This document shows positions 1 to 9,245 of a stretch of 64,000 nt of DNA, piece by piece. The stretch is from Actinomycetota bacterium (GTDB lineage Bacteria > Actinomycetota > Acidimicrobiia > Acidimicrobiales > Aldehydirespiratoraceae). The notes under the pieces are model-generated. The model ran no database searches and had not been told where the DNA came from. It saw nothing but the letters and a program-made list of their open reading frames with translations. How positions within the stretch are numbered: the stretch's first letter is position 1; every line of letters starts with the position of its first letter. The position numbers were made by a program, and so were the translations under genes. The stretch lies in NCBI GenBank assembly GCA_029979265.1, contig JAPOHW010000017.1, forward strand, positions 3,047 to 67,046. The letters run 5' to 3'.

Positions 1-60
1 GCTCGGACATGGCGCTGAGGATAGGCGCGTTGCATCGGGGTGGGGAACCGTGACGGTCGA

Positions 61-92
61 ATCACACGAGTGTGATTTCTCCCCATTTTTTT
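61..92 (+). terminator. Possible intrinsic terminator for a + strand gene lying left of the window
   Basis: Perfect inverted repeat ATCACAC-GA-GTGTGAT (61..76) followed by the T-rich tail ttctccccattttttt. The local AT-richness is unusual for this GC-rich DNA. Confidence 0.35.
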
Positions 93-110
93 CCACAGGG
101 TGTGGAAAGG

Positions 111-380
111 TCAGTCGTCGAGGGGAGCGACGAGATCCATGTCCTCGAGGCAGTGTCTCGGCGGCTCGGGATCTTCATGCGGCGCGATGGTCATCCGAAC
201 CTCGGCACCGCAGATTGCGCAGCGGTACATGATCTTGACCTTCCGCAGTTCGCCTGGCGGCGGTGGTTCGGGAATCGGTTGCCCCATGGCGCGCAGCATG
301 GTCATGCCGACGCGCATCATCACGTAGAAGGCGCCGACAGCCACCAAGATGTTGAGCACGCCGTAGCCGAACAGTTCCAC
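111..380 (-). CDS. Small membrane-anchored protein with a zinc-ribbon-like C-terminus (hypothetical)
   Basis: 89-aa ORF. It has an N-terminal hydrophobic helix (LFGYGVLNILVAVGAFYVMM), a Pro-rich linker, then C-x2-C ... H-C (YRCAICG ... PRHC). It ends 10 nt downstream of the thiolase-like gene on the same strand. Confidence 0.6.
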   Translation of the reverse strand: MELFGYGVLNILVAVGAFYVMMRVGMTMLRAMGQPIPEPPPPGELRKVKIMYRCAICGAEVRMTIAPHEDPEPPRHCLEDMDLVAPLDD

Positions 381-389
381 GCAACCAGC

Positions 390-1493
390 CTAGGTGCGAT
401 GCCAGGAGCAGATGCCCGCAGCCCCACCGCCACAGCGAAGCGCCGTTCCTCGCTCACCCGACTCGGCGGCGTGCAGGCCGTCGATGACGAGCCGCAGATC
501 CTCGGCTGCTGCGGCGTCGCCCACTGCGATCGTGCCGCCATGTCGGTTGACGGTCGACTCGTCGATCCCGAGTTGTGTCACCGCAAGCAGGGTTGTCGAT
601 GCGGACGGTTCGGCAATGTGCCACGCGTCGGTGGAAGGTGGCATCGCATGTCGAACGGCGTCGAGACCGCCGAGTGGGTCGGTCGGGTCACCGGCGCCGA
701 GTGCAGCCGACTCGAGCACACCGAGCGAGTGGGTGGCTGCCGTGGTCGACAGCACCAACACCGCCACACCGTCTGCTGCAGGTGCGAAGCCCGCAGCCGT
801 CGTGGTGCCATCGTGTTCGAAGATCGGTGTCAACTCGTCGATCTCGATGGAGCGGATCACGTCGGTGTCGATCGGAACGTCACGCTGCATCGCCACCGAC
901 TCACCGGGTCGAGCCCCGACCGTGACCAGTGCGGCGCTCGGTGTGGTGCGCCGTTCCAGTGACTGCAGGCCCCACGCGTCCTGCCGGGCGCGGTCGATCC
1001 CAGCGGCGGTCGCGCCTCGATCCGCCGCCGTGATCGGTGGCACGAGGCCCCCAACGTCGGCGTATCGCTGCTCGACGGCAGACCCCCACGGCCGACCGTA
1101 GATCCGGCCGAGGGCGCTGGCCCCCGGCTGCACCATCGATGCACTGTTGAGGCCGACGACGACGGCGGTTCGAGCTCGTCGTGTCGTGAGGGCGTCGAAA
1201 GCCACCGTCAGCGCTGCGATTCCCGACACCGTCTCGGCGTCGACCACGAACCCGGGAACCGATGCCGGCCATCCGGCGGCAAGGGTGCACGCATGGGCCG
1301 CGTTGGCGCCTTGGGCCCCGACCGGCTCGGCACAGCCGGCGACGACCAAATCGACATCGTCGGCGTCGATCCCGGCCCGCTCGAGCGTGGCCTGCATCAC
1401 CACCGCAGCGAGCTCGACCGGATGCCAGCGGGCGAGGACGCCGTCGGCTGCAGCGAACGGGCTGCGAGCGGCAGCGATGATCGGGACGGACAC
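390..1493 (-). CDS. Thiolase-fold protein with degenerate catalytic motifs
   Basis: 367-aa ORF with thiolase-like layout (N-terminal IIAAARSPF, C-terminal NRHGG and CGGG). The nucleophile motif reads ETVSG where Cys is expected. The GHP motif reads VGDAAA. Confidence 0.8.
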   Translation of the reverse strand: MSVPIIAAARSPFAAADGVLARWHPVELAAVVMQATLERAGIDADDVDLVVAGCAEPVGAQGANAAHACTLAAGWPASVPGFVVDAETVSGIAALTVAFDALTTRRARTAVVVGLNSASMVQPGASALGRIYGRPWGSAVEQRYADVGGLVPPITAADRGATAAGIDRARQDAWGLQSLERRTTPSAALVTVGARPGESVAMQRDVPIDTDVIRSIEIDELTPIFEHDGTTTAAGFAPAADGVAVLVLSTTAATHSLGVLESAALGAGDPTDPLGGLDAVRHAMPPSTDAWHIAEPSASTTLLAVTQLGIDESTVNRHGGTIAVGDAAAAEDLRLVIDGLHAAESGERGTALRCGGGAAGICSWHRT

Positions 1494-1535
1494 AGCAGGA
1501 GTCTTCTACACTGCGCCGCCAGAAAGGGAGTCCGC

Positions 1536-2078
1536 ATGCTCACGATGACCCTCGCCAGCAGCACCTACGCCACCAACCCCGAGGCGGTCGGCCTCGGCAT
1601 GCTCGTCATCCGCGTCTGTGCCGGTGTTGCGATGGCCGCCCACGGCTATCAGAAGTTCTTCAAGGGCGGGAAGATCACCGGCACGGCGAAGTGGTTCGAC
1701 TCCATGGGCATGCGTCCCGGGAAGCTCAACGCCATCATGGCGGCAAGTACCGAGATCGGTGCCGGGCTGCTGTTCGCAGCGGGGCTGCTGACGTCGTTCG
1801 CTGCGATGGCGATCGTGGCACTCATGTTCGTGGCCGGCTACACGGTGCACTGGAAGAACGGCTTCATGAGCGTCAACAACGGCATCGAGCTGAACTTCAT
1901 TTATGCGACCCTCGCAATCGGCGTCGCCGCAGTCGGCGCCGGCCAGTACAGCGTCGATGACTGGCTCGGAATCGTCGAGGATCTCGATGGTTGGGCCGGC
2001 ATCGCCATCGCCGCAGTCGGCGGTGTCGGCGCCGGCATCGCACAACTCGCCACCTTCTATCGCCCACCGAAGGACTGA
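1536..2078 (+). CDS. DoxX family membrane protein
   Basis: ATG at 1536 is preceded by agaaagggag. The protein is hydrophobic, with the motif AAHGYQKFF typical of DoxX. The ORF-track start at 1293 is an upstream extension. Confidence 0.85.
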   Translation: MLTMTLASSTYATNPEAVGLGMLVIRVCAGVAMAAHGYQKFFKGGKITGTAKWFDSMGMRPGKLNAIMAASTEIGAGLLFAAGLLTSFAAMAIVALMFVAGYTVHWKNGFMSVNNGIELNFIYATLAIGVAAVGAGQYSVDDWLGIVEDLDGWAGIAIAAVGGVGAGIAQLATFYRPPKD

Positions 2079-2104
2079 GTTCGGCTCGCTCCGACGCTTC
2101 GCTC

Positions 2105-2710
2105 TCACCCCAGCTGGTCGAAGCAGCTTGGTGAGGCACCCGCAGGGGCGCGGCCACCGCAGGTACGGCCGTAGGTCTCGTACTCGCTTCCGATCGGACT
2201 GGTGGCGTGGAGTTCATCGCATGCCTGGTTGTTGCCTCGCCGACACTGTTCGACGAGCAGGTCGAGCACCGGGTCATCGCCGAACGTGAGGTCGACGACA
2301 CGCTCGCCGAGACAGGCGCGGATCGCATCGCCCGGCTCGTCGGCATCGAGTGCGCGGATCGCGCACCGTGCTTCGTCACGGGTGAGTTCGGCCCCTTCTT
2401 GCGCAGCACCGGCGATGAACGAATCGACGAAGCTCTCGACGGTGGCGAGATCCTCCACGCATTCGAGCGTTGCCGAGAGGACCTCACCGTCCTGGTCGGC
2501 GGTCAACTCGCCGGCAACGATCTGCGCTGCGGTGATCCCCAGTCTGGTGATGCCGTCGAGGATGCACCGCTGTTCCTCGACGGTCAGTTCGGTTTCGACC
2601 AGCGCGTCGATCGCCGCAAGCTCTTCAGCCGTCGGAGGATCGTCGCCGCAGGCGGACCCAACCAACCCGATGGCACTGATCACGGCGATCGTCACGCAAC
2701 GTCGGGCCAC
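2105..2710 (-). CDS. Secreted lipoprotein, Cys- and acid-rich (hypothetical)
   Basis: Signal/lipobox-like N-terminus ARRCVTIAVISAIGLVGSAC when started at GTG 2710. An alternative GTG at 2695 forms a GTGA overlap with the PPTase stop. The start is uncertain. Confidence 0.6.
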   Translation of the reverse strand: MARRCVTIAVISAIGLVGSACGDDPPTAEELAAIDALVETELTVEEQRCILDGITRLGITAAQIVAGELTADQDGEVLSATLECVEDLATVESFVDSFIAGAAQEGAELTRDEARCAIRALDADEPGDAIRACLGERVVDLTFGDDPVLDLLVEQCRRGNNQACDELHATSPIGSEYETYGRTCGGRAPAGASPSCFDQLG

Positions 2711-3390
2711 GACAGCTCCAGTTCGATCGAGGGTGCTCGCACGGCAACGGCGCCGCGCACGTCGGTCGACGGTCGGAAGGTCGCGAACGCCCACGAGGAT
2801 GCGTCATCCCCCAACGACGGGTCGAGATCGAGGGTGACCTGCTCGCCGACGGAGCGGGCGAAGGAGATCAGTGTCAGCGGCAACGAGACCCCCCTACCAC
2901 GGGCTTTGATGTAGCTCTCCTTCAACGTCCAGTAGAGAAAAAAGCGGTCCCGACGTTCGTCGTTGCCGAGCGAACCAAGGGAATCGACTTCGGCAGCGGA
3001 AAAGACGGTTGGGGCCGTGTCGAAGATCCAGTCGTCCGGGCGGATCCATTCGACGTCGACCCCGACGTCGGTCCCCTCGGTGACAGCGACGGCGGTCATC
3101 CCCCGAGTGTGCGACAGGTTGCACCGCAACTCGCCCGTCTCGGCATTGATGGGGTGGGGCCGACCCCACGGCCCGACCGAGAACCGCCACGCCGACGGGT
3201 CGACGCTCGGGCGTCGTCGTGTGAGCACGAGACGGGTGAGTGCGTGAGCGGTGATGTACAGCAACCGGTCGTCGTGATGGTGGAAGTGGTCGGCTCGGGC
3301 GCGTTCGTCGTCATCGAGCATCGCAGTCAACTGTGTTGCGCGGAGCTGCGATGTCAGCGGGGTGGCGAGCGCAAGGTCGACGACGGTCAT
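2692..3390 (-). CDS. 4'-phosphopantetheinyl transferase (Sfp-type)
   Basis: Motifs CNLSHT, GVDVE and WTLKESYIKARG. The ATG at 3390 overlaps the MOSC stop (ATGA). Confidence 0.85.
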   Translation of the reverse strand: MTVVDLALATPLTSQLRATQLTAMLDDDERARADHFHHHDDRLLYITAHALTRLVLTRRRPSVDPSAWRFSVGPWGRPHPINAETGELRCNLSHTRGMTAVAVTEGTDVGVDVEWIRPDDWIFDTAPTVFSAAEVDSLGSLGNDERRDRFFLYWTLKESYIKARGRGVSLPLTLISFARSVGEQVTLDLDPSLGDDASSWAFATFRPSTDVRGAVAVRAPSIELELSWPDVA

Positions 3391-4100
3391 GTGTCGCGGT
3401 CGACTCGATCTCCCACCATGACGACACCGCCCTGTTCGAGGATTCCTCCGATGCAAAACGTCGCGCCCGGGCGTTTGGTGATGGTGCGAAGCACGCCGAG
3501 ATCGCGTTCGAGGCCGGGTTGGGGGCGGGTGACCATCACGCATCGATCGATGCCTTGTGTCACCGTCACGCGCACCTCGTCGCCGATCCGGATCGACGAC
3601 CCGATCAGGTCGTCCTCGCCGTCACCCTCCACGACGACGTTGGCGCGGAAACGTCGAGGGTCCCAGTCGCCCAGCGAACCCGTGCTGACCAGGCTGATCC
3701 GAGATCGGCCGCTGTCGTGCCATGCTGCGGCCGGACCCTGCCACGACATCCAGTCGGTTTCGTTCTCGATGTCGAGTGGGTTTTCGTAGGTGCCGCCCGT
3801 ATCGCCGGCCTTCTGCAGTCGAACCGTTCGGCCGAGCCACTCGGTCCAGTCGGCTGACGTGCGCAGCGTGTCGCCTGTGTCGGTCGTCGTGATCGGTTCG
3901 TGCTCGCGCAGCACACATGTCGCCATCAGCAGCTTTGGTTCTCGTCGGGCGGTCAGGACGTAACCGGTCGATTCGTCGACGAGTCCCCAGCGACGGTCAC
4001 CCTCGACGCCGAGCTCTGTCAGAGCCGCCGTCTCGAGACGCTCACCGCCGACGGACTTGATCGGGTACCGCCAGAGCTGCGTCACATGCATCGCGTTCAC
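3387..4100 (-). CDS. MOSC domain-containing protein (MOSC_N + MOSC)
   Basis: N-terminal VTQLWRYPIKSVGGE and a C-terminal conserved Cys context (IDRCVMVT). Confidence 0.85.
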   Translation of the reverse strand: MNAMHVTQLWRYPIKSVGGERLETAALTELGVEGDRRWGLVDESTGYVLTARREPKLLMATCVLREHEPITTTDTGDTLRTSADWTEWLGRTVRLQKAGDTGGTYENPLDIENETDWMSWQGPAAAWHDSGRSRISLVSTGSLGDWDPRRFRANVVVEGDGEDDLIGSSIRIGDEVRVTVTQGIDRCVMVTRPQPGLERDLGVLRTITKRPGATFCIGGILEQGGVVMVGDRVDRDT

Positions 4101-4128
4101 CGTAGACCGAGTGCCGAGTGGGGCCGAG

Positions 4129-5019
4129 CTACCCGACGCTGATCTCCAGGGTCATCGGATCGAGCGTCCCGATCGACGGGTCGACGAAGGCGTCACCACC
4201 GAAGTTGTCGATGGCGGCCGCTTCGAGCATGCCGATCAGGCCAGCCTCTTGGAACTGGCGGGCCTGCAACATGAGCTGAGCGATCTCGACCGGATCGGCG
4301 GTGGGATGGTTCTCGACCGTTGCCGGACCGACCGACTCGATCTGGATGACATGGAACCCGAAGGCCGTCTCGACCGGGCCGATCACGTCGCCCGCCTCGG
4401 CCGCAAACGCAGCCTCCTCGAACGGCTCGACGAACTGACCCTCTACGACGCAGCCAAGATCGCCGCCGTTCGGCCCCGAAGGTCCGGTGGAAAGCTCGAT
4501 GGCGAGCTCGGCGAAGTCCTCACCGGCATTGAACCGTTCGAGCGCCGCCTCGGCCTCGGTGATGTCTCTGAGCAGGATGTGGTTGGAACACAGGTACATG
4601 GGCGGCTCCGGCTCGTCGAGAGTGAGGACTTCCTCGGCCGACCACCGACCGGCCGCAAGACTCAACGCGTAGGAGTTCGCGAGCAGCACGTCCTCGGTGT
4701 CGTTTCTGCCGATCCCGCGCAGATCGACGAGCTCGACGCTGTCGGAACGCTCCTGCTCGGTGGGGCCGAACCCTCGTCGCTCGAGCTCGAACTCGACAAC
4801 CTGCGCGAGCAGCCACTCACTCACCGTCGACGCAACGCGTGTGTCGACAGTGTTGTCGCCGTCGGGGAGAAGATCGTCGAGCTGGCCCCGGGTGAGTTCA
4901 CGCCCTGCGATCGAGGCGATGACCGTGCTGTCGGAGCTGCTGTCGGAACCGCACGACGACGCAACGAGGAGCAGCGCCACAACGGCGCAGACGAAGGAGG
5001 GAACACGAAGCTGCTTCAC
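4129..5019 (-). CDS. Parvulin-type peptidyl-prolyl isomerase lipoprotein
   Basis: Lipobox LLVASSCG. PpiC/parvulin core: NHILL ... GGDLG ... FEEAAF ... GPVETAFGFHVIQ. Confidence 0.85.
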   Translation of the reverse strand: MKQLRVPSFVCAVVALLLVASSCGSDSSSDSTVIASIAGRELTRGQLDDLLPDGDNTVDTRVASTVSEWLLAQVVEFELERRGFGPTEQERSDSVELVDLRGIGRNDTEDVLLANSYALSLAAGRWSAEEVLTLDEPEPPMYLCSNHILLRDITEAEAALERFNAGEDFAELAIELSTGPSGPNGGDLGCVVEGQFVEPFEEAAFAAEAGDVIGPVETAFGFHVIQIESVGPATVENHPTADPVEIAQLMLQARQFQEAGLIGMLEAAAIDNFGGDAFVDPSIGTLDPMTLEISVG

Positions 5020-5132
5020 GAAGAACAGAGGCTAACGCCGCAGAGGTGAGAGCCGGGCTCGCCCGATGGGCGCAGGACACCGGCGCGTCGACGACATGTC
5101 CCAGTCCAGTCGATCCTCGCTACGTTCACGAC

Positions 5133-5855
5133 ATGACCATCGGATGGGAAGCGCTCGGTGAAACGCTCGAACTCGGCCCCCAGGCGCTCGTCTCGTTCGT
5201 CGGTGGTGGCGGGAAGACGACAGCGGTCTTTGCCCTCGGCCGACACCGTGCGGGCCGCACCGTCATCACCACCACGACCAAGATGGGTGTCGAGCGAACC
5301 GGCGGTCACCCCGTGCTGATCGATGTCGATGACGTCGAACTCGGCCGGGCGCTCGACGACCACCGATGTGTTGTCGCCTGGCACCGGCTCGACGACCGTC
5401 GTGCGGTCGGTGTCAGCCCGGAGACGTGTGATCGTTGGCTGGGCCTGGCCGACACCGTGGCAGTCGAAGCCGACGGATCACGGCGAATGCCGTTCAAGGC
5501 ACCGCTCGAGTACGAACCGGTGATTCCGTCGGCATCGACACACGTCGTCGCCTGCGTCGGGATGGGTGCGGTCGGTGTTTCCATCGCCGAGGGCTGTCAA
5601 CGCCCGCGTCAGGTTGCGGCGGTCGCAGCCTGCCGCGAGTCCGACGAGCTCACCCCCGAGCGGCTCGCCCGGGTCCTGCTGTCGCCGGCAGGCTCCCGCA
5701 AGGGCGTACCGACCAGCGCTCGGTTCTCGGTTCTCGTCAACCGGGTCACCGACACCGATGGCGAGGTCGTGGACCAACTGCGCCAACTGCTCGGCGACGT
5801 ACCACTCGTCGCGATCGCCGATCTTCCCGACGACCGGCTACCCGACGTCGTCTAG
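5133..5855 (+). CDS. yqeC: YqeC-type putative selenium-dependent hydroxylase accessory protein
   Basis: P-loop-like FVGGGGKTT followed by VITTTTKM, with the length and layout I recall for the YqeC family. The ATG at 5133 was chosen over the longer track ORF. Confidence 0.7.
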   Translation: MTIGWEALGETLELGPQALVSFVGGGGKTTAVFALGRHRAGRTVITTTTKMGVERTGGHPVLIDVDDVELGRALDDHRCVVAWHRLDDRRAVGVSPETCDRWLGLADTVAVEADGSRRMPFKAPLEYEPVIPSASTHVVACVGMGAVGVSIAEGCQRPRQVAAVAACRESDELTPERLARVLLSPAGSRKGVPTSARFSVLVNRVTDTDGEVVDQLRQLLGDVPLVAIADLPDDRLPDVV

Positions 5856-6676
5856 CCGATCACGATCGCCACTGTGCCGGCAATGACGACCGCAAGGCCG
5901 ATCACCTGCGCACGAGTGACGGCGTCACGGAACAAGAGGCGGCCGATGAGCACGCTGCCGGCGGGGAACAAGGTGATCGTGACCGACGCAGCCGCAGCGT
6001 TGGCAGACAGACCGATCAGGGCCAGCACCGAGCTGAGTCCGGCGAACAAGCCGGCGGCGAGCGCTGGAGGCGCGTACTGCCGCGGTGGGAGGATGGGCCG
6101 CTTGCGGGCCAGCGCAAAGGTCGCAATCGCTGCGAACGCGACGAGTCGCTGCGTTACGACCGGCCAGCTGCCGGAATCATCGCTCACCGTGATCAACACG
6201 ATCGTCCCGAGTCCGTAACCGAGTCCTGACATGATGCCGAACGGCAGGCCCCCTGCGACATTGGTGGCCGCCGAGCCGCCGATCGTCACGAACATCAAGC
6301 CGATGATGGCGAGTGCAGCGCCCCCGTAGCCAAGTGCTGACGGTGCTTCGGCAACTGCGGCCGCGTAGGTGAACGGAAGCAGGGCGGTCAGCGCTGCCGA
6401 AATGGGCCCGACCACCGCCGAGGACGAAACGCGAACACCCTGAAGGTACGTCGACATGCCGACGCCGAACCCCAGACCCGAGGCTCCACCGAGCAGCAGG
6501 TCACGACCGATCGCCGAGCCCTCGGTGGCCACCGCGATGACGAGTGCAGTGACTGCGGCCAGCAGGCTGGTGACCGAGGCAGCGACGATCGGACCGACCT
6601 CGTTCGTGACCCGCCGACCGAAAAACTCGGTCGTGCTGATCGAGAGTGCGGCCAGAAGGCCGAAGAGGGCGCCCAT
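5852..6676 (-). CDS. DMT/EamA-like membrane transporter
   Basis: 274-aa polytopic, Gly/Ala/Val-rich protein of about 10 helices. Its start lies 4 nt after the hydantoinase stop, so they share an operon. Confidence 0.7.
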   Translation of the reverse strand: MGALFGLLAALSISTTEFFGRRVTNEVGPIVAASVTSLLAAVTALVIAVATEGSAIGRDLLLGGASGLGFGVGMSTYLQGVRVSSSAVVGPISAALTALLPFTYAAAVAEAPSALGYGGAALAIIGLMFVTIGGSAATNVAGGLPFGIMSGLGYGLGTIVLITVSDDSGSWPVVTQRLVAFAAIATFALARKRPILPPRQYAPPALAAGLFAGLSSVLALIGLSANAAAASVTITLFPAGSVLIGRLLFRDAVTRAQVIGLAVVIAGTVAIVIG

Positions 6677-6679
6677 GGT

Positions 6680-8086
6680 TCAGACGAACAGATCGCTGAC
6701 ACCGCGGGGCACGAAGCGGCCGTGACCGGCCCGCCCGACAAAGGACCGGTCGTCGATCACGAAGGTCCCGCGCGACAGCACGCTGCGTACCTGACCGGTG
6801 ACCTCGACCCCCTCCCACACCGAATGATCGAGGTTCATGTGGTGCGTTTCGGCCCCCAGGGTGTGGGTGACGTCGGGGTCGTACACCACGATGTCGGCAT
6901 CGGAACCGGGGGCGATGACACCCTTGTGCGGGTACAGGCCGAACAGGCGGGCGGGGGTGGTCGAGCAGGTTTCGACCCAGCGGCTGAGACCGAGTTGACC
7001 GGTGACGACACCGGAGTGCAACAGGTCCATGCGGTGTTCGATCGAGCCGAGTCCGTTCGGCGTGGCGCGGAAGTCGTCGACACCGAGCAGCTTCTCGTTG
7101 TCGCAGAACGGGCAGTGATCGGTGGCAACGACGGCGAGGTCGTCATGACGCAACCCCTGCCACAGCGATCCGTGATGATGGTGCTCGCGCAGCGGTGGGG
7201 AGCAGATTGCCCGTAAACCGTCGAGTCCTTCGCGGTCGAGGTGTTCGTCGATCGTCAGATAGAGGTACTGCGGACATGTCTCGGCAAAGACGTTCTGGCC
7301 TCGGTTGCGAGCCCAGCGGACTTGCTCGAGCGCGTCGGCCGAGGAGAGGTGCACGATGTAGAGCGGTGCACCGGCGATCTCGGCGAGTGCAGCGGCCCGG
7401 TGAACCGCCTCGCCCTCGAGACGGGATGGTCGGGTACGGCCGTGCCACACCGGCTCGGCGCGGCCCGCCTCGACCGCCTGGTTCCGAAGCACATCGATCG
7501 CGATGCCGTTCTCCGCATGCATCATGACCATCGCTCCGAGGTCGGCGGCGCGCTGCATGGCCCGCAACAACTTGCCGTCGTCGCTGTACCAGGCCCCCGG
7601 GTAGGCCATGAAGTACTTGAAACTGGTGATGCCCTCGTCCATGACCGCGTCCATCTCGTCGAGCGATGCGTCGTGGACGTCGCCCATGGACAGGTGGAAG
7701 CCGTAGTCGATGACGCACTGGCCGTCGGCCTCGGCATGGCGTTCGTCGATCGCGTCGCGCACGTGCATGCCGGCGAGTTGGCCCGCGAAATCGATGACGG
7801 TCGTGGTGCCACCCCACGCAGCGGCAGCCGTGCCGGTCTCGAACGTGTCGGACGAGGTTGCGTCGGGTGACATCGGGAGTTGGAGGTGAACGTGGGCGTC
7901 GACGCCTCCCGGGAGGACGTAGCAGCCAGTCGCATCGAGCACGCGTGCAGCACCGTCGGCTGCGGCGATCGCCATCGGAGAACCAGGGGCGAGCACTGCC
8001 GCGATGGTCTCGCCGTCGATGACGACATCAGCTGGTGTGGCGCCGCTCGTCGACACCACGGATCCCCCACGAACCACGATGGTCAT
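6680..8086 (-). CDS. Dihydropyrimidinase / D-hydantoinase (cyclic amidohydrolase)
   Basis: 468 aa. Metal motif GGVDAHVHL, a carboxylated-Lys region FKYFMAY, and HAENG and ATDHCPF motifs. Confidence 0.9.
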   Translation of the reverse strand: MTIVVRGGSVVSTSGATPADVVIDGETIAAVLAPGSPMAIAAADGAARVLDATGCYVLPGGVDAHVHLQLPMSPDATSSDTFETGTAAAAWGGTTTVIDFAGQLAGMHVRDAIDERHAEADGQCVIDYGFHLSMGDVHDASLDEMDAVMDEGITSFKYFMAYPGAWYSDDGKLLRAMQRAADLGAMVMMHAENGIAIDVLRNQAVEAGRAEPVWHGRTRPSRLEGEAVHRAAALAEIAGAPLYIVHLSSADALEQVRWARNRGQNVFAETCPQYLYLTIDEHLDREGLDGLRAICSPPLREHHHHGSLWQGLRHDDLAVVATDHCPFCDNEKLLGVDDFRATPNGLGSIEHRMDLLHSGVVTGQLGLSRWVETCSTTPARLFGLYPHKGVIAPGSDADIVVYDPDVTHTLGAETHHMNLDHSVWEGVEVTGQVRSVLSRGTFVIDDRSFVGRAGHGRFVPRGVSDLFV

Positions 8087-8194
8087 GGAGCGAGGCTACT
8101 TGCCCGAGGTCAAGCGAGGGCTCTGCGTCGACGCTCGGTGTTTCGTGGCTGCTGCACATCGAGTAGCGGCCTGATCGCATCGATCATCGAGACG

Positions 8195-9241
8195 TTATCG
8201 GTGCCACCAGAGCCAACGGCCGTGAGGGTGGGCATGGCCGAGCGTTGTGCGCTCGACGGTGGTGCCGTTGCGGAAGGTCGTGGCGCCGACCACGCTCGCC
8301 GAGGTGCCCGCCACGTCCGGAGGATCGATCTGCGGCAACCCGTCGACCACGCCGGGTGCCTCGCAACTGATCCAGCTGATCCGACGATCGGCACTGCCTG
8401 CCGCCAGCACGTCGACGAATGCGGCGCGGGCATCCTCGGGCAGGTAGGCGAGCGCCCATGTGGTGGTGACGACGATCGGTCCATCGATTGCGGTGAGGAG
8501 GGCGGGCAGGTCGGTGACCGCATCGCCGGTGCGGAGATCGCTCGGATGAGCAGCGGCCAGGGCGAGCGCAGCGCGAGTGCGCTCGAGGCGTCCGGTGTCG
8601 GGCCAGGTGCATGCCAGGAGCCAGCGAGCGTCGTCGGGATCGTTCGGGCCGAGCGGCCGGCGGTCGAGGCCGATCCGGCGCCGGATGGCGGTCGGGCGGA
8701 CCGGCGGATTCCCACCGAGAACTGCGCACTCGACGCAAACCGGGCTGCCCGGTGGACCGAGTACACCTCGGTCGCCGAAGTCGATGCGGCAGTGGGGGAG
8801 CGTCAGCGTCAAGCCGGCGCTGGTCCCGACATCGATCAACGTGACCGGCTCGTGTGGCGCCACCGTCGCCAATGCCGGCGCCAGCACGGCGATCCGTCCG
8901 ACCTCGTTGGTCTGGGTCCGGCGCGCCTCGAGGACAGGTACGAGGTCCTCCCAACGGCGCAGTGCCGTTTCGACGAAGAGATGGCCGGTGTCGGCAACCG
9001 TCGGTGCTGCACCGCCGTAGTGGGCGCCGAGGTCGGGCTCCTCGCCTCGAAGCACAAGGTCGTGCATCGCAGCGAGCAGCATGTTCGGCTGGCGAACATG
9101 ATTCGAACAGGCGAGCAGTCGCTCGTGGAGTTCGGTCGAGGCAGCGACCGCCGTGCTGATCGCCTCGTAGAGCGGCGAATACCCGCGACATTCGCGTTCG
9201 GCGAACCACCTCCACCCCGCCACCAGCTCCTCGCGCGTCAC
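8195..9241 (-). CDS. DUF2332 family protein
   Basis: WFAERECRGYSPLYE and TQTNEVGR motifs as I recall for DUF2332. I prefer the GTG start at 9241, because the TTG at 9295 lies inside a 25-nt tandem duplication. Confidence 0.7.
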   Translation of the reverse strand: MTREELVAGWRWFAERECRGYSPLYEAISTAVAASTELHERLLACSNHVRQPNMLLAAMHDLVLRGEEPDLGAHYGGAAPTVADTGHLFVETALRRWEDLVPVLEARRTQTNEVGRIAVLAPALATVAPHEPVTLIDVGTSAGLTLTLPHCRIDFGDRGVLGPPGSPVCVECAVLGGNPPVRPTAIRRRIGLDRRPLGPNDPDDARWLLACTWPDTGRLERTRAALALAAAHPSDLRTGDAVTDLPALLTAIDGPIVVTTTWALAYLPEDARAAFVDVLAAGSADRRISWISCEAPGVVDGLPQIDPPDVAGTSASVVGATTFRNGTTVERTTLGHAHPHGRWLWWHR

Positions 9242-9245
9242 GACG

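Noticed and set aside
90-108. Perfect hairpin TTTCCACA-GGG-TGTGGAAA as the intrinsic terminator of the small gene at 111..380
   Set aside because: In the minus-strand transcript the hairpin is followed by AAAAU, not a U-tract. It may still be a U-tract-less terminator or a protein-binding palindrome, but I cannot support a specific call.
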